Program-made: the position numbers and the translations under genes
Shown here: piece after piece, positions 1 through 11,472 of the stretch
Layout of the letters: each line of letters opens with the position of its first letter
Numbering within the stretch: the first letter of the stretch is position 1
The notes under the pieces: generated by a model
Told to the model about the DNA's origin: nothing
The model's input: the letters and a program-made list of their open reading frames with translations, nothing else
The model's database searches: none
Origin: Diplonema papillatum
Taxonomy: Eukaryota
DNA: 64,000 nt
Assembly: GCA_030068145.1 (NCBI GenBank)
Contig: JAPJBO010000372.1
Location: forward strand, 77,284 to 141,283
Direction of reading: 5' to 3'

Positions 1-409
1 CCCTCCATCCCCCGCGTGACGTCGTCCCGGCGGCGATCATAGCTTGCCTCATGGTCGGTGTTCCCCTTCGTTTGTTTTGTGAGTATCCTGACTGGTCTTT
101 TACCGTTCTCTTTCAACTGGAGTGGCCACGGCGGAACCCGTCAAGTGGGAGAACCCACCAACCGACGAACGGAGGAAGGAGCTCAGGCCGAAGTTTGTAG
201 AGCATCTGTGTGAAATCGGAAAGTAGGTGCGAGAACAGGCAAACCTTGTGCGCTAGCTTCGTTCAACCGTGAACCAATAAGCAGGGCCTACCCCACATTC
301 TCACTGTCATTTGAGAGAGAGAGAGCGCTGCCAGAGGAACGCCAGCCGAACAACGGCTGCAGACCCCGCCTCAGAACGAGTGCGATGATGCCAGAAGAAG
401 CCAGCAACA

Positions 410-976
410 ATTCCCGAGGGGCCTTGTTGAAGTCCCGAGGGGCCTTGTTTAAGTCCCGAGGGGGGCCTTGTTGAAGTCCCGAGGGGGGCCTTGTTGAAGT
501 CCCGAGGGGCCTTGTTGAAGTCCCGAGGGGGGCCTTGTTGAAGTCCCGAGGGGCCTTGTTGAAGTCCCGAGGGGGGCCTTGTTGAAGTCCCGAGGGGCCT
601 TGTTGAAGTCCCGAGGGGCCTTGTTGAAGTCCCGAGGGGCCTTGTTGAAGTCCCGAGGGGCCTTGTTGAAGTCCCGAGGGGGGCCTTGTTGAAGTCCCGA
701 GGGGCCTTGTTGAAGTCCCGAGGGGCCTTGTTGAAGTCCCGAGGGGCCTTGTTGAAGTCCCGAGGGGCCTTGTTGAAGTCCCGAGGGGCCTTGTTGAAGT
801 CCCGAGGGGCCTTGTTGAAGTCCCGAGGGGGGCCTTGTTGAAGTCCCGAGGGGCCTTGTTGAAGTCCCGAGGGGCCTTGTTGAAGTCCCGAGGGGGGCCT
901 TGTTGAAGTCCCGAGGGGCCTTGTTGAAGTCCCGAGGGGGGCCTTGTTGAAGTCCCGAGGGGGGCCTTGTTGAACA
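410..976. repeat. Minisatellite, about 25 tandem copies of a 22-24 bp unit CCTTGTTGAAGTCCCGAGGGG(GG)
   Basis: The periodicity is visible directly in the sequence and the G-run length varies between units. The overlapping minus-strand ORFs 288-977 and 307-1020 are translation artefacts of the repeat. Confidence 0.95.
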
Positions 977-1104
977 AACCCCAGCTTTACCTGGGGTTTG
1001 TTCGTCCGGCTACTGTGCATTTCCTGTTTTGTGGTTTCGCACCCGGCGGCCTCCTTGATTATCTCGGCTAAGGCCGGCGCGTGGCGAGACTGGAGGCAGC
1101 AGTT

Positions 1105-1250
1105 AAAGTTCGTGGAACAGTAAAGTTCGGGCGAAGCTAAGTTCGGGCAATGCTAAGTTCTGGTGCTGAGCGCTGGAAAAAAAGTTCGGGCGAAGCGAAG
1201 TTCGGCCAGGGTGGTAAAGTCCGGGTGAAGCTAAGGGCCGGGGGGGGTCC
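1105..1250. repeat. Degenerate short tandem repeat, motif AAGTTCGGGCGAAGCT / AAAGTCCGGGTGAAGCT, 12-16 bp
   Basis: AAGTTCGGGC and GAAGCTAAG motifs recur 6-7 times head to tail. Confidence 0.55.
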
Positions 1251-1816
1251 GGGGATGTCCCCCCCGGGTACGAGCACCGACCCCCCTCCAGGGGCCGGCG
1301 GGGTGACCCAAATACCGCGACATACTGAGAAACTCCGCAAAAAAACGCAAATTATGGGCACATTAGACCCCGAAACGCAACAAACCTCGAAAACAATCCC
1401 CGACCGGAAAAGTGTGATGGGCGGGGTCCGACCCCGGGCCTACCGGCCTGAAGGCCGAAGCCAGCTCACTCTGCCACCCCTATGCTTTTGGGCAGGAAGC
1501 AAAAAGTTAACTCCGCGCTAGTATCTAGTCCAAAAACAATACACCTTTTCACCGGAGAAAAGCCGGGTTGGCTCGAATAGAGGCTTCACATTGCATGTTC
1601 ATAGGACCTCCAGTCTCGAAAAACACGGAACTGTTTCGCGGTCAGGGTGCGGGCTGGCATGCAACATGGGGTGCGCCGCAAGTCTCAAGTTCCCCGCGCA
1701 AGCCTTCATCAAGTCCAGGAGCTTCCACGCACCCGGTGGGAGGGGGGTGGGCGTTGGAAGGCGTGGCCCGCGAGGGGTCGCAAAGAGAAAAATAAAAAAA
1801 AAAAAGGAAAATAAGA

Positions 1817-4800
1817 ATGGATCGCCAGGACAAGGTCGAGAAGGTGTTCCGCTTCTTCGATTGCGATGGCGACGGGTTGTGGTCGTTCGAGGAGGCGAGC
1901 GCCGTGCAGCGGGAAACGGAGGGCACGGTGCTGGAAGGCGACCAATGGCTCGCCGTGTGCGACTGGCTGGGCGCCGAGTCGACCGGGCTGACGCTGAAGG
2001 ACGTGATCCGGCTGTACGCGGACAAGTCGTTGGCGAGCATCGACATGGACTGCGAGATCGTCGAAAGGCTGGCGGGCCGGCTCAACTCACCGTTGGTGAC
2101 CCCGGCGTCCCCCGCACTCTCAACAGGCGGTCGCTCCGAGCGCATCGTCAAAGCCTTCTGCTCCGCATTAGACGACGTCCAACGCGTCGAGTCGCACTAC
2201 GCCGGATTCCACTCGACGGGCAACATATCCCCGCTGCGGTGCAGCGCGAAGGAGTCGGGGTTCCACTTAGAAGCCGACAACGTGTCCCACATATCCGTGA
2301 CGTCCCCGTCCGCCCTTTACAACGACGGCGCCCCGTCGCATTTGAACAGCCCGATGTCGAAGCACACGCAGTGGATCGTCGTGCCGTGCGATGACATGAC
2401 GCAGTCGGTCGCGTTTTGGGACTCGAGCACCGGGAACCTGGTCGAATTCTACGCCGCGCGCTCCGAAAAAAAGGGCCGCGGGCTCTTCGTCCGGGTGCAG
2501 GCGAACAACGCGGTCGGCAACGAGAGCGAGACCGAGTTCGGCGAGCCGGTCTTCTCGCTGCAGTCGTCGCCGCCGACGCCGCGCCGCGGTAGCACCGAGT
2601 CGCCGGACTGCCGGTGCCGGCCGGCCCGCGTCCGCCACCTGCAGTACTCCGCCGCCGAGGGGACCCTCCGCGTCTCCAAGAACACGGTTCTCGCGCTTCC
2701 GAAAAAGGTCTCGTCGAACAACGCGCGCCGCTGGTCTACCCACAGCGGGATCGAAGACCAGGACGTGCACCAGCTGTTGTACCGCCTTGCGCTCCTCTCC
2801 GACCGATGCTCCGTCTCCCACAACCTGCCGATCGTCGGCGCCCTCCACGACGAAGTCAACGCACTGCGCAGGAAACTCGCGTGCCTGGAAGCGCAGTGGG
2901 ACACCACCACCGGCGTCCTCCGCAAGATTCAGCACGCCCTCGACAAGGAGCCCGCGAACGGCACCCGCAGAACGTCGTCCGACTCCTCGGAGCAGGGAAC
3001 CGAGGCCCTGTCCCGACGGGGGACCACGTGCGCGAATCTGCAGGAGTACTTGAAGCGGCATATCCTCGCGCAGACCGCCGACTCGTCGGACGACCTGCTG
3101 CACACCGTGCGGAAGCAGGCGGCGGGGAAGCCGGCGGAGATTCCAGCGTGCGATGCGACCCTGCCGCAGGTGCCGCGGACTGCCGAAGGTATGGACGAGC
3201 CGGCCGCTGGGAAGGATGTGTCCTCGTCTTCCGACGCGGGGCCGCCGAGCCGGCGGCAGCTCACCGCGAAGCGGCGTGCCGGCACCGAGGCGATGCTGCA
3301 CCTCGCGTCGAGCCTCGCGAAGCCGCGGCGCGCGGCGTCGCGCGGCCAGAACGAGCCGTTCAGCGACAGCTGCAACACCGACAACGGCGCGCCGCTGTCG
3401 ATGGAGGGCAGCACGCAGCAGCTGCAGCAGCAGCAGCAGCAGCCCCGCGCCAGGGCGAACAGCGAGAAGCTGTACGCGAAGCCGCCGATAGACGGCGAAG
3501 ACGCCACGGCCACCACGTCGGGCGCGGCGTCGCTGCAGTCGCCGTCGTCCTCCCACGGCGGCGCCGGTTCGGGCCGGGGCTGGTCCACTGGGTGCCCGCA
3601 GCGGGCCGTCCGGCGCGCCGCCAGCGACACGCGCATCGGCGGCAACGGGGGGGAAGCGCTGCGGCGCGGCGGCAATGGCGGGCACAAGGGCCCCAGCGCG
3701 CCCGCCGGCGGCGCCGGCGGCGGCGCCAAGCGGTGCAGCTCGGACCGCGGGTTCGTGCTGGGCGGCGGCCCGGGCGGTGCGGCCTGCGCCGGGTGCGCGA
3801 AGCGCGGCGGCGACGCCGCCGGGTTTTGGAACCTCCTGGGTGCCCCGAAGATGCAGCTGCTTGGTGGCAGCGGCGGCGGCGGCTGCAACGGGGTCGCAGA
3901 CTGCGGGCTGGATGGGGAGAAGGGCGAGTCCGAAGTGGAGGAGGGTCAGCAGCAGGCGAAGCTGGGTCGCCGGCTATCCGCCGACGACGCGGCACGGGCG
4001 TTGAAGGTCGCCGTCAACATCGGCAGCTGCTTCGGCGAAGCCGCACCGTCTCCCATCGTCGCGCGCCGGTCGAAGTCGACTGGAACCGCCGCATCGCCCC
4101 CCGCCTCCTCCCCGCCCGCCATCCTGCCCTTATCCGAACTCGTCGAGGACATGCGCGTCTCCCGCCGCCAAACAGCCGACATCACCACACCCACCCCTAC
4201 CCCGACCACGACCCCCAAGCAGCAACTTCCCCTGCAAGCTGCGGGTAACACTCGGTCGCCAGCGGAGGAGCCCTGCGACATTGTCATCAGCGTGACGAGC
4301 AGCGACACCGTTCTTTTCCCGGGGGGCCGCCGTGGCGACAAGCCGCCCTCCCAGGCCGGGAGCAGAGAGCCGGCTGCCTCGGGCGAAGATGCCGGCGTCC
4401 GCCGGGCGTCGCTGTCGATAGGCGGGGCCGTGGCGTCGCTCGCGGGCAGCGAGCACCCGCTGCACACGTCGCCCTCGTCGCAGTCGAAGGCCAGCAGCCG
4501 CTGCTCGGGCGACAGCGACGCGGCGCAGTCGCCGCCGACGCCGGCGGGGCACGTGCGGGGCAGCCCGCGGTACAGCTGCCTGCAGCCGGAGAACCCGAAC
4601 TTGTTTTGCCCCCCGTCCATCAACCTCACCGACAGCGGCCACCCCCGCCCGCACGGCCGGTCGGACTGCAGCAGCAACGACAAGCCGCACTCCAGCCCGG
4701 TCAAAGGGCCGAACTCGCCGTCCGACGGCCCGCCCCTCCACCGCCGGTTTCCCTCCAACGACTTCTCCGACCCGGAGATGCCGTCGGCCAGCGCGTCTCC

Positions 4801-7288
4801 GATCACGAACCACATCCCGTCTCCCAACACCCGCCTGCACACCGCGCTAGACCCGGCGCTGCTGCAGCCGCCCAGCTCGCCCGAGCCGCACAAACCCCTG
4901 CACTTTCGGACCGACTCGCGGGAGGACGCTTTCGGCGTTCCGTGCCGGAAGACGCTGTCGCACTCCGACGCGTTTTCGCTGTCCGACACGCGGAGCAAAG
5001 CCACATTCCTTGCCTTCGGCCGCCGGCACTCGCGGGATTCGGTGAACGAGAGCCTCTTCCGCCCCCCCGGGTGCTCCTTCGCCTCGCACGCGGACGACCA
5101 AGGGAGCCGGTCGCCGCTGAACGACTCGCGGAAGAACCGCCGGTCGACCAGCGTGTACACCACGCCGGAAGTCTTCTGCCGGAAGCATTCAAGGGACAGC
5201 GCTTCGGACAACCTTTTCCGGCGGCCGGGGCTCGACGAGCAGGGCCTGCGCTCGCTCAACGAGTCGGGGCGCACCGACAACTCGGTTTCGACGATGAACG
5301 AAGGGTACGGCAGGCGGCCGTCGCGGGATAGCGTCAACAGCCATTCGCTTTTCCACCCTCCCGACGCGAGCTCGTTCTCCCTCCACGACTCCGGGAAGGC
5401 TTCGGGGGTGGGGAGTGTCTTCGGTCGGAGGCTGTCGCGGGACAGCGCGCACGACGATCGCCCGAAGGGGTGGACTACCAGGCGGCAGCCGCAGCAGCAG
5501 CAGCACCACCACCGGCGCGAAAAAACCCAGCGGCAGCAGCAGCAGCAAGAGGAGCAGCGCGCTGGTTTGCAGATAAAGCCGCCCCCGGCGCAGAAGGCGC
5601 TCAGCAACAGCAACCGCAGCGCGAGCGACGCGGCTGGCACCGCGAGCGACCTGGTCTTCACGCAGGTCAACTCTCCGGTGTGCGCCGCCGCCTCGTCCGA
5701 CGCCCGCTCGTTCGACGCCAAGACCAGCAGCAACAACCCCATCAACGTCAGCACCACCCGCAGCAGCAGCAGCAGCAACATCGTCAGCAATACTGACAGC
5801 AACATCAACAACAACAACAACAACACCAACAACAACGAAAGCGGCAGCAGCGTCAGCAACATCATCGGCAACAACGACGGCGGCGGCAGCAGCGCCAGCA
5901 AGCCGCCGGCCCCGTCGCGGCACGCCCTCGCCGCAGAAGCCCTGCTGCGGGAGACGGCGTCCGACGACGACGTGTCGGGGCGGCTGGGCGGCAGCGAGGT
6001 CTTCCTGTCCTCGCTGCCCAGCGTCGACGCGGGGCTCGGCTTTTTTTTCGCGCAAGGCCCCCCGGAGACCGGACGGGGCGGCGGCGGGTACCCCCGGCTG
6101 TCCGTCGATCGGGCGTCGACCCCTAGCTCGTCTCCTTCGTCTTCTTCCTCTTCGAGCAGCTCGGAGGCGTCGCTTTACGACACGCTGGCAGCGGCGTCGC
6201 ATTTAGAGCCGACCCTCTCGAGCGATAGCCACCACGGCCACAACTTCACGATCGACGACAAGGAGAGGACGTTGCCGGTGTGCCTCCACGTGTTCCCGGT
6301 CGTTGATCGCCCGCCGTGTTCAGACAGCAATTTGTCGCCGGTGCTGAGCCCGCACGACGGCAACAGGCGGCGTTCGTCGGCGACCGACGACGCACTGGAA
6401 GCGCCGAAAATCGACCCGTTCAGCCCGTCGTACACGATGATCACCGCCCTCACGAGCCCCTTCGACAAGCACGCCCTTGACCACGCGCCCGCCCACGACA
6501 TGGAGCGAGACGCGTATCTCGGCAGCCCGGCCCAGGCCAACAGCCCGCAGCGCAACGGCACCAGCTTCGCCTCCCGCCCGGCGGCGCGGACTGCCACCGC
6601 GGCCAGCGCCGCGGCGCATCTCCCGTCGCTGCTGCAGGCCGCCGCGCTGGCGACGCACCCGCTGCCTGAAGCTGCCGATTCGACGTCGAGCGAGACGCTG
6701 GGCGGCGGCGGCTCCCGGCGCAGCTCGGCTGGACCAAGCCAGCCCGGTGACTGCGGGGTGGAGCCGTCGGCGAAGGACGAGCTTTCCGACCCGGACGCCT
6801 GCAAACCGGGCGTCGATCACTTCGCGAAGCTTCGCGCGCGGGGGTGGCAGAGCTCGGGGCAGGCGCCGGAGGGCGGCGCCGGCGACGGGCGGAAGCGGAA
6901 CTCGCTGGCCGTCGTGGCACCGCACGCGGCCGGCGAAGAGTGCAAGCTCGGCCGCAACGGGGCCGGCGGCGAGGGCGCGAAGGGCTGCAAGGGGGCCTGC
7001 CGCCGCAGCAGGGTCACGTGCGGTCCGTACGCCGTCGCCTTCGGGCCCTGCTCCCCGCCGACCGACGGCGGCGGCGGCGGCGGCGAAGCGACGCCGGTGC
7101 CCATGCGGGTGAGCATCGGGTTGCCCGCCCACCAGCGGGCCCCAGTGCAGCTCAAAGTCGACACGGGACACGGCCCGCTGCTGTTCTCCCTGCGCGTTCT
7201 GCCGCCGCGGAAGTTCCGGGTGAAGCGGACCACCAAGCGCAAGCCCGCGCAACCGCAGCCCGAGGAGGAGGCGGAACCGGTGGGATAG
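1817..7288 (+). CDS. Very large (1823 aa) low-complexity protein with an N-terminal EF-hand; an internal block carries four RRxSRDS repeats
   Basis: There is a true ATG at 1817 in an A-rich context (aaaataagaATGG). The ORF runs 5.4 kb without stops and has strong third-position G/C bias (tcg, ccg, gcg, acg, aag, gag, cag). A canonical EF-hand loop D-C-D-G-D-G-L-W-S-F-E-E lies at about 1838-1909. Poly-Q, poly-A, poly-G, poly-S and poly-N tracts are present. Four copies of [FY]GRR[HPL]SRDS...LF[RH]PPG occur at about 5014, 5175, 5305 and 5419. Undetected introns cannot be excluded. Confidence 0.8.
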   Translation: MDRQDKVEKVFRFFDCDGDGLWSFEEASAVQRETEGTVLEGDQWLAVCDWLGAESTGLTLKDVIRLYADKSLASIDMDCEIVERLAGRLNSPLVTPASPALSTGGRSERIVKAFCSALDDVQRVESHYAGFHSTGNISPLRCSAKESGFHLEADNVSHISVTSPSALYNDGAPSHLNSPMSKHTQWIVVPCDDMTQSVAFWDSSTGNLVEFYAARSEKKGRGLFVRVQANNAVGNESETEFGEPVFSLQSSPPTPRRGSTESPDCRCRPARVRHLQYSAAEGTLRVSKNTVLALPKKVSSNNARRWSTHSGIEDQDVHQLLYRLALLSDRCSVSHNLPIVGALHDEVNALRRKLACLEAQWDTTTGVLRKIQHALDKEPANGTRRTSSDSSEQGTEALSRRGTTCANLQEYLKRHILAQTADSSDDLLHTVRKQAAGKPAEIPACDATLPQVPRTAEGMDEPAAGKDVSSSSDAGPPSRRQLTAKRRAGTEAMLHLASSLAKPRRAASRGQNEPFSDSCNTDNGAPLSMEGSTQQLQQQQQQPRARANSEKLYAKPPIDGEDATATTSGAASLQSPSSSHGGAGSGRGWSTGCPQRAVRRAASDTRIGGNGGEALRRGGNGGHKGPSAPAGGAGGGAKRCSSDRGFVLGGGPGGAACAGCAKRGGDAAGFWNLLGAPKMQLLGGSGGGGCNGVADCGLDGEKGESEVEEGQQQAKLGRRLSADDAARALKVAVNIGSCFGEAAPSPIVARRSKSTGTAASPPASSPPAILPLSELVEDMRVSRRQTADITTPTPTPTTTPKQQLPLQAAGNTRSPAEEPCDIVISVTSSDTVLFPGGRRGDKPPSQAGSREPAASGEDAGVRRASLSIGGAVASLAGSEHPLHTSPSSQSKASSRCSGDSDAAQSPPTPAGHVRGSPRYSCLQPENPNLFCPPSINLTDSGHPRPHGRSDCSSNDKPHSSPVKGPNSPSDGPPLHRRFPSNDFSDPEMPSASASPITNHIPSPNTRLHTALDPALLQPPSSPEPHKPLHFRTDSREDAFGVPCRKTLSHSDAFSLSDTRSKATFLAFGRRHSRDSVNESLFRPPGCSFASHADDQGSRSPLNDSRKNRRSTSVYTTPEVFCRKHSRDSASDNLFRRPGLDEQGLRSLNESGRTDNSVSTMNEGYGRRPSRDSVNSHSLFHPPDASSFSLHDSGKASGVGSVFGRRLSRDSAHDDRPKGWTTRRQPQQQQHHHRREKTQRQQQQQEEQRAGLQIKPPPAQKALSNSNRSASDAAGTASDLVFTQVNSPVCAAASSDARSFDAKTSSNNPINVSTTRSSSSSNIVSNTDSNINNNNNNTNNNESGSSVSNIIGNNDGGGSSASKPPAPSRHALAAEALLRETASDDDVSGRLGGSEVFLSSLPSVDAGLGFFFAQGPPETGRGGGGYPRLSVDRASTPSSSPSSSSSSSSSEASLYDTLAAASHLEPTLSSDSHHGHNFTIDDKERTLPVCLHVFPVVDRPPCSDSNLSPVLSPHDGNRRRSSATDDALEAPKIDPFSPSYTMITALTSPFDKHALDHAPAHDMERDAYLGSPAQANSPQRNGTSFASRPAARTATAASAAAHLPSLLQAAALATHPLPEAADSTSSETLGGGGSRRSSAGPSQPGDCGVEPSAKDELSDPDACKPGVDHFAKLRARGWQSSGQAPEGGAGDGRKRNSLAVVAPHAAGEECKLGRNGAGGEGAKGCKGACRRSRVTCGPYAVAFGPCSPPTDGGGGGGEATPVPMRVSIGLPAHQRAPVQLKVDTGHGPLLFSLRVLPPRKFRVKRTTKRKPAQPQPEEEAEPVG

Positions 7289-7589
7289 CACTGGGTCCGC
7301 AGGCAACGCAGGTTCAGTGTCCAAATTCAATGCCAAACAAGACTTGTGTTCGTCACAGCAAACTTACCACAGCGGATTGCATAGCAGGTCCCCCGCGGGG
7401 GGGGGGGGATTGCGCAAAATTCAACCGCGAACTTTCTGCTGCCAACGTTGCGAATCAGATCAAGCATGCCCAACAAGACTCGGTGCGCTGCTTCATCACT
7501 GGAGCAGCTATGAGCCGCACCGCACACACTGCCCGTTCTTGTCTCTCACAACAACAAAAGAGCGTTTTACCACCTTGCGCGGTGTCACG

Positions 7590-7700
7590 GGATGTTTGGC
7601 AGCCGCTGCTAAACATGTGCATGCTAATCCATGTGGTTCATGTACTTAAAAGAACTCAATGCTAAACAAACACAACGTGGGCGGCGCCGAAGCTTTACCA
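7590..7700. repeat. Dispersed repeat family F (CTGCT[C/A]AACATGT...TTAAAGAACTCAATGCT[C/A]AACA...CGTGGGGGGCCC), copy 1 of 3
   Basis: Similar to 16195-16310 and 18350-18520 by direct comparison. Confidence 0.6.
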
Positions 7701-10700
7701 GCCTCGGCTGACACCATTTGCGTACTTAACCATGGTTAAGAAGACGACTGAAAGCATAGACACAAAGATAGCTCAACGCATCTGCAGAATAACGCGAAAA
7801 GCCGCTAGGCAAAAACCCGTTTTCACATCTCTTTGCTTTGAGCTGCGCGAAGGAGTAGCGACAATGCAACATTCGTCCATCCACGACTGGCTGGCATCTT
7901 CCGACGACGAAAACGAGAGACCAACGCCCGCCTCCAACCAGCCGGTGTGTCTCACTGAAGACACGAGAGGCGATCCGGCTGTTATTCTAGCTTCGCGTCC
8001 TGCCGTCACGCAGAATTCGAATGACACGGATCAAAACCAGCGGCAACCTGCCTTGGTGCCGCGAAACTGAGGGCGGGCGCTCCCCGCCGAAAAACCTGGG
8101 GAACACTGCAGAACATAGGCCAGTCAACGGCCTGTTGCTCGTCGCGTGCAATCAACGAAATCAATCAAAAGCGTACTCCTATGAACCGAGCGCGGGTGAG
8201 TGAGATCTTGAGAATTGCCGACAAAGGATTGGCTAGGGCGCAGACTGCCGGATCTCGGGCTTATCCAGTGGCGGCACTACGACCAATTGCCGACCAGGCT
8301 GCCGTCCACGAAATGGAAGCTGACTTGAATTCTTCAAGTACCGTCTGTAAGCAACGCGATGATGATGATGCGGCTGCATCAGCATCATTGTGTTGCTCAT
8401 GCAGTCTCAAGATCTCACTCGTGTGGCGCACCGGCAGTCCTTGGACTGAGTACGATGCTGGGCCTACTGCAAGAAGACGTCTTGTTTGGATATGGCGCAT
8501 CCGACGAAACGACTTACGCCGGGGGGGATGGAGTTGTGCGAGGTGACTGGAAGCACCGGCCGGCGTTGCTGGCCTCCCGCTCACCACACCCCTTTCTCCC
8601 GTACACTGAATCGCTGATCCTGAGGGGAAACGGCGCAGAACGTGTTCGATTCTGAAGTATATTTATCAACAGTTGGAACATAGCATCGTTTCCTGTCTCA
8701 CCAGTATCAAGCAACCAGCAAGCCCACGAGCCCGGAACCCAGGATGCAAGAGTACCTCTTCCCCCCATTTTCATTTACCACACGACCCACTAGTTAGTGA
8801 AATAGTTATGTTCTGTTGGAGAAAAGCATTCCTACTTGCGCCGTGGAAAACGATAAGGCTGCGTTCAACTAACGACCGACATAGTCCACTTTTCAAAACG
8901 TTCACGTCTTCATTCATCATGAAGAGTGAAGAGCGCCGAGTTCTCGTAGTTTTTTTCTTCAAGGGAGTCAAGCGTGTCAGGCACATTTTTTTTGGCTCCC
9001 ATTTGCTCTGCTGGTGGCAGGAAATAGCGCCTCAGGCAGCAGAGTCTGCCATTCGAACAGCATTTTGCTCGCGCACGGGCTAGTAAGGACGGTTTCTCCA
9101 ACGCAGAGTATTTGTTTTCTAGTGGGTGGGCTTTGGGGGGTTCGGTCGTTTGCTGCATCTCTGAAAAGGTTTTGGCCTCGCGTTCCGGGCAACAAACAAA
9201 TATTGTACCATGTCAACAAAGCTCGCAGAAAATATTGGCGTACTTTGTGCAGACGCTCCCTTTTTTCTTGCCAAAGAAACATCACCAGCTTTCTGCGGCT
9301 GGAGATCACCGTGTAGAAGGTATTGCCCCACCCCCAACGGCATGACACCAGCGCGCATGCATGACATTCGCAGTTTTTTCTTACTCGCTCACATTCAAGA
9401 AACCGACCACCAACCCGTCCCAGTTAAGTAACACACTTGCGTTCCGAAAGCTCCGAAATAGTCAGCGAATATAGTGAAAATAAAGAGAGGAATTGGCCGG
9501 GAAAGGGCAAAGAAGGAGCAAGAAAGAATCGATCGACATCATACTTTGAAAACCGTCACCGAAAACGATCTTTCGCCTTCTAGGGCGGGAACGGAATGCA
9601 CCAAATTGTTCAATCCCACGTTTCTTCGGTGCTCCCGCTGCAGATCCAAAGCACGGCAGGAGAAGGAAGTCCGATTAAATAGTATTCTCGGGTTCAAGTC
9701 ATACTGTCCCCCCACTACAGCACATGTGGGAAATCGTACATGGGGACACGCGAAACCCCCACTAAACTTGTCACACGAATTTCTACGAGTATTTCCTCAG
9801 GTGACTAACGGGAACGATCGTATCCTCGTATGTGTGACTCGTTTGGCGAGAAGTTGCTTCGGAGACCAGAATAACAGTTTTGACGAGGATACAACTCGTA
9901 TGCACTGTATGCCTAGGTGTCCGAGGGGGTTTCCGGTCCGGCATTATTCCGTTCCAGCCTTCGCCCGGTTCAACTTTATTCCGATTCCGGCTTTCAAAGG
10001 AAACTGTAACAAAGCGACAATTGAAGAGCTTGTCCGACTGCGAGAGACAGACGACAGGGACGTCGAGCGGGCAACATGCTGAGAAGTGAATTGATCACCC
10101 TGTATAGAGGGACTGAGCTTACCGCTGGCAACGGGGGGTTTTCTTCCACAAGCAGAGAGCGAGTCGCCGCGCACCTCCTTCAACAAAAGCAAACAAAAAA
10201 AAAGTCGCATGAACAACTTCTCGTCCCTTGGGATCGGGGTAGCACAGAACACACACAGACTGAGGCGATGCATTCACAATGGTCAAAACGGTACGAGTGA
10301 AAGAGACGGACATCACGGTGGCTGAGAAGTGATTGGAGAACCGCGTACGGAAAGAGTGAATTTATTCCCGTCACACCCGATACAACACGCACCACTCGAC
10401 AGCGCTCAAAACATTTTCTTTGCACCCACTACCAGTTGGCCGGAAACCATAACATACTCCCCGTGTATCCACCACCTTCAGCATCAGCGTAGCGAATAAA
10501 AGCGAACTTCTACTCTCAAACCAAGTCAACGCTCTATTGGGGGTCCTTGTTAAAACGCGTTAGGGTTGTTTTCTTGCCTCTCCCGCCCCCCCCGTAGGCG
10601 GGATTCAGGGCAGTCCACGGCGTCTCAGCTTTCTGACAAAAAGTCGGTCACAAATTGTTTCGAACCTGCCCGCCTAAGCGAGCAAGTAAAGTGTACACGA

Positions 10701-11136
10701 AGAAGCCCGTGAAGTTGGAAAGGAGGACCCCGAGAGAGGGGTTGAGTGACGTAGAGACTCTCGTGTTGATGAATTCCGTGGGGTCGGCGAGGAGAGCACG
10801 GAGACAAAGACGAATAATTACTCGTGCACGTCTTCTTGGCGGATAGTCACCTACCGTGAAGCCAAAGCTCGAGAGACTAGCAGCAGCGGCCTTTCGCACT
10901 TTTCCTGCCTTTGCGGTTGGTGCAGATGCCTGGGTCAGCAACGATTCTGGCACTGTATTCACTGGTGCAGGGGTCACTTCTGCTGTCTCCCGAGGCCGGA
11001 CTTGCACGGGAACACGCGATTGCAAAAGAGGTTTATCATCAAGAGATGAATCGTCGTCGTCCGCCGAAGAAGTGTCATCCACCGAAGAGTCGCTCACGTC
11101 GCTGTCACTGGCTTCATCAGCCGACACGCCAGCTCA

Positions 11137-11165
11137 TCATCATCATCATCATCATCACCATCCTC
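11137..11165. repeat. (CAT)n microsatellite, about 9 units
   Basis: catcatcatcatcatcatcatcac; it produces a His10 tract in ORF 10856-11200, which I judge non-coding. Confidence 0.9.
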
Positions 11166-11299
11166 TTGGTTCATCACAGGTAGTTGCAACAACATACTGA
11201 ACCAACCAACCATTGCATCGTTGCATTGTGTCCTATAGTTGCACTACTGCTGCATACGCAGTTCAAACCTATGGTTTGTTACTCCTATCGTTGCACGAC

Positions 11300-11472
11300 A
11301 TCGCATCGTTGCACTACATCGTTGCACTACATCGTTGCACTGCATCATTGCACTGCATCGTTGCACTGCATCGTTGCACTGCATCGTTGCACTGCATCGT
11401 TGCACTGCATCGTTGCACTGCATCGTTGCACTGCATCGTTGCACTGCATCGTTGCACTGCATCGTTGCATGG
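11300..11472. repeat. Tandem array of a 13-bp unit GCATCGTTGCACT, about 13 copies, with inverted partial copies at 11495-11522 and 12266-12286
   Basis: Perfectly periodic array. CAACGATGCAACGATG (the reverse complement of the motif) appears at 11500-11522, followed by A15 at 11524-11538, and again at 12266-12286, just 5' of the retroelement ORF. Confidence 0.9.

Noticed and set aside
288-1020. ORFs 288-977 and 307-1020 (-) with repetitive PRDFNKA/LGTSTRP peptides
   Set aside because: Translations of the 22-24 bp minisatellite. The start codons are TTG/GTG from the bacterial-style ORF caller.
2267-7336. Numerous long ORFs overlapping gene 1 on both strands (for example 2267-3685 -, 3946-5901 -, 5189-6202 -, 6320-7336 -, 2614-4248 +)
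   Set aside because: They are in alternative frames of a 70% GC coding region where stop codons are rare. They lack the GC3-biased codon pattern of the + strand frame starting at 1817 and consist of Arg/Ala/Pro-rich translations typical of spurious GC-rich ORFs.
10648-11200. ORFs with His10 (+) and an acidic Ser/Asp-rich protein (-)
   Set aside because: The plus-strand ORF is driven by the (CAT)9 microsatellite. The minus-strand ORF starts at GTG in the caller. Neither has host-like codon bias, so treated as non-coding.
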